64,000 bases of DNA from a virus. Taxonomy: Duplodnaviria > Caudoviricetes. Shown here in pieces: positions 62,428 to 64,000 of this stretch; position 1 is the first letter of the stretch; each line of letters starts with the position of its first letter. The notes beneath the pieces were generated by a model. It made no database searches. It was not told the origin of the DNA and saw only the letters and a list, made by a program, of their open reading frames with translations. Where the stretch lies: IMG/VR virus record IMGVR_UViG_3300037400_001617, one strand, 5' to 3'. The translations under genes were made by a program, and so were the position numbers.

Positions 62428-62459
62428 GTGTCCGAACGAACGATTCGGGCATCTTTGAC

Positions 62460-63455
62460 TTATAAGAAGGTATTGAATCTTCCAGAATCGGCTGATTCTA
62501 CCATCTTATCACCATATGCGACTACACTATCGCCAGGATTTACATCAGAATCATCAAAGTCACCGACTACGACTCCGTCTTGATCTTCCTGTTCTTCCTC
62601 TGTAGGATTATCCTCAGCCAGTTGAGCAGATGCTATGATGTCTGATATACTGTCGAGAGTAGACAGACAGATCTGATAGTTGATAGAGTTCTCGATATAA
62701 GTCTTAGTGTCGAATGATTTCTGTACAGTGAAGTCTACAAGATCCTTAAGCTCCATTAACTTGTCGGTAACAAAGTGAAGGATATCAACATTTGTATCTG
62801 TCTTAGGAATATCATTGATTCTGAGAATAACAGAAGAGATTGTTCCATAGATATCTATGAAGCGTTGTTTAAGTTCCTTGTTCTTGATGTCGATTTGTTC
62901 TGGTGAGAGGTTGGAAAAGAGTTCAGCCTCTATCTTTCTGAGGTCTTCGTAGGTATTGTCTTCTCCTTCTTCTCCCTCAGTATCTTCGGAGCCTTCTCCT
63001 TCTTCGCCAGTATCGTTATCATCCCCAGATTCGCCATCGCCACCATCATCAGCACCATCGGTGTAGTCGACGTCTCCATCATCGGATCCCTCAGAATCAG
63101 CATCAGGCTCATCCCCAGTATCATTAGATTCGTCATCAGCAGCACCGTCAGCCCCATCAGTGTAGTCAACGTCATCACCTTCTGGATTATCTTGGTCGTC
63201 CTGTCCTTCTTCACCTGTTTCGTCGTCATTAGACTCATCATCTCCTGCTTCATCAGCACCGTCGGTGTAGTCGACATCGTCGTCTCCACCAGCATCATTA
63301 TCTGTTGCTGGGTCGTTAGACTCATCATCCGCTGCAGTATCTGCACCAGCTGTATAGTCTTCATCGTCCTGATTAGGTTGCTGATTATTATTGGTGGTAC
63401 CGTCATCTACTTCCGCTTCATTTAACGGATGTCTATATGAACTAAATATGCCCAT
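62460..63455 (-). CDS. Very acidic scaffold-like/head assembly protein
   Basis: MGIFSS...PLNE|A; D/E-rich repeats; directly upstream of capsid gene. Confidence 0.65.
   Translation of the reverse strand: MGIFSSYRHPLNEAEVDDGTTNNNQQPNQDDEDYTAGADTAADDESNDPATDNDAGGDDDVDYTDGADEAGDDESNDDETGEEGQDDQDNPEGDDVDYTDGADGAADDESNDTGDEPDADSEGSDDGDVDYTDGADDGGDGESGDDNDTGEEGEGSEDTEGEEGEDNTYEDLRKIEAELFSNLSPEQIDIKNKELKQRFIDIYGTISSVILRINDIPKTDTNVDILHFVTDKLMELKDLVDFTVQKSFDTKTYIENSINYQICLSTLDSISDIIASAQLAEDNPTEEEQEDQDGVVVGDFDDSDVNPGDSVVAYGDKMVESADSGRFNTFL
63030..63365 (-). repeat. Four copies of peptide repeat (D)DVDYTDGADxxxDDESND
   Basis: EDYTAGADTAADDESND, DDVDYTDGADEAGDDESND, DDVDYTDGADGAADDESND, GDVDYTDGADDGGDGESGD. 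Confidence 0.85.
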
Positions 63456-63468
63456 ACTATAACCTCCC

Positions 63469-64000
63469 TTACGTTTCTTTGATATCGATAACTCCAGGGA
63501 GTCCGATATACTTTTCTTCGAAGTTTACGGCTTCATCATAACTCTTATCTCCAGCGGTTGTAGGAGCTTTCTCGTTCCAATTAACCTTCATGTTATAGCG
63601 AAGTCTACTTCTCTGTCTTTCAAGAGCCCTTTGAGTTTGCATGATTGAACGTACTGCCTTGAGGTCATTCCTATCTTCGGCAAGACGCATATACTTATCA
63701 CACATCTTGAGCTCTATCTCAATGTCGTCAAGAATGATCTGACGCTCTTTCTTTTGAAGCTTCTTAGAAGTTCCAATAGCACCGAGTACACCAATAACTG
63801 CAATGGCAGGAGATACCAACCAAGCAGCACCAGTAACGAGTGCAGCCTTGATAGTCTTTGAAGCAGATGGAATCAGAGAACCTTTGATGATAGCTTCTCT
63901 TCTGTCATTAGTAAGAGCCCTCTCTGCAGCTTGAGCAAAGTGACCCATAGTAACGTCGATGTCCTTAGAGATCTTACGGTCTTTATCTTTGAGCTTAACA
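63469..64000 (-). CDS. Putative virion protein, 3' part only (starts beyond the right edge)
   Basis: Frame stays open upstream of 63948 (VKLKDKDRKISKDIDVTMG...); hydrophobic segment then coiled coil. Confidence 0.7.
   Translation of the reverse strand, partial: VKLKDKDRKISKDIDVTMGHFAQAAERALTNDRREAIIKGSLIPSASKTIKAALVTGAAWLVSPAIAVIGVLGAIGTSKKLQKKERQIILDDIEIELKMCDKYMRLAEDRNDLKAVRSIMQTQRALERQRSRLRYNMKVNWNEKAPTTAGDKSYDEAVNFEEKYIGLPGVIDIKET

Noticed and set aside
1-64000. CRISPR array, tRNA genes, transposases, reverse transcriptase/DGR
   Set aside because: No regularly spaced repeats, cloverleafs or RT/transposase motifs seen by eye; not checked with software
1-64000. Stop-codon reassignment as in some gut jumbo phages
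   Set aside because: Coding density is high under code 11, conserved genes are intact, and TAA, TGA (3571) and TAG (59004) all end ORFs

Overview
This is a 64-kb segment of a jumbo myophage genome of the phiKZ-related, AR9/PBS1-like type. The host is probably a Firmicute (strong GGAGG ribosome-binding sites, standard genetic code, tail-borne peptidoglycan hydrolases). Replication and nucleotide genes: dNMP kinase, an enlarged ThyX, dCTP deaminase, a PC4-like ssDNA-binding protein, a RusA resolvase, one subunit of a split family-B DNA polymerase, the C-terminal beta' subunit of a split multisubunit RNA polymerase, and an SF2 helicase. Virion genes: major capsid precursor, acidic scaffold-like protein, four paralogous internal head proteins, baseplate proteins, and a 4455-aa tape-measure/tail protein with C39-like, lysozyme and M23 domains. 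Two promoter classes can be read from the intergenic DNA: early-type TRTATAYYAT-N4-GTG and late-type AACA-N6-TA (the AR9 late consensus). The most striking signals are (i) three ORF-free, heavily base-paired units bracketed by promoter and terminator (about 370, 250 and 145 nt), which look like undescribed phage ncRNAs; (ii) a shared MGI(Y/F)S N-terminal tag plus recurrent hydrophobic-x-E maturation sites in head proteins; and (iii) a ~1015-aa late polyprotein in which such sites flank a permuted NlpC/P60 domain and an ADP-ribosyltransferase-like domain, suggesting packaged, protease-released effectors. All assignments come from motif reading only; no database searches were run.
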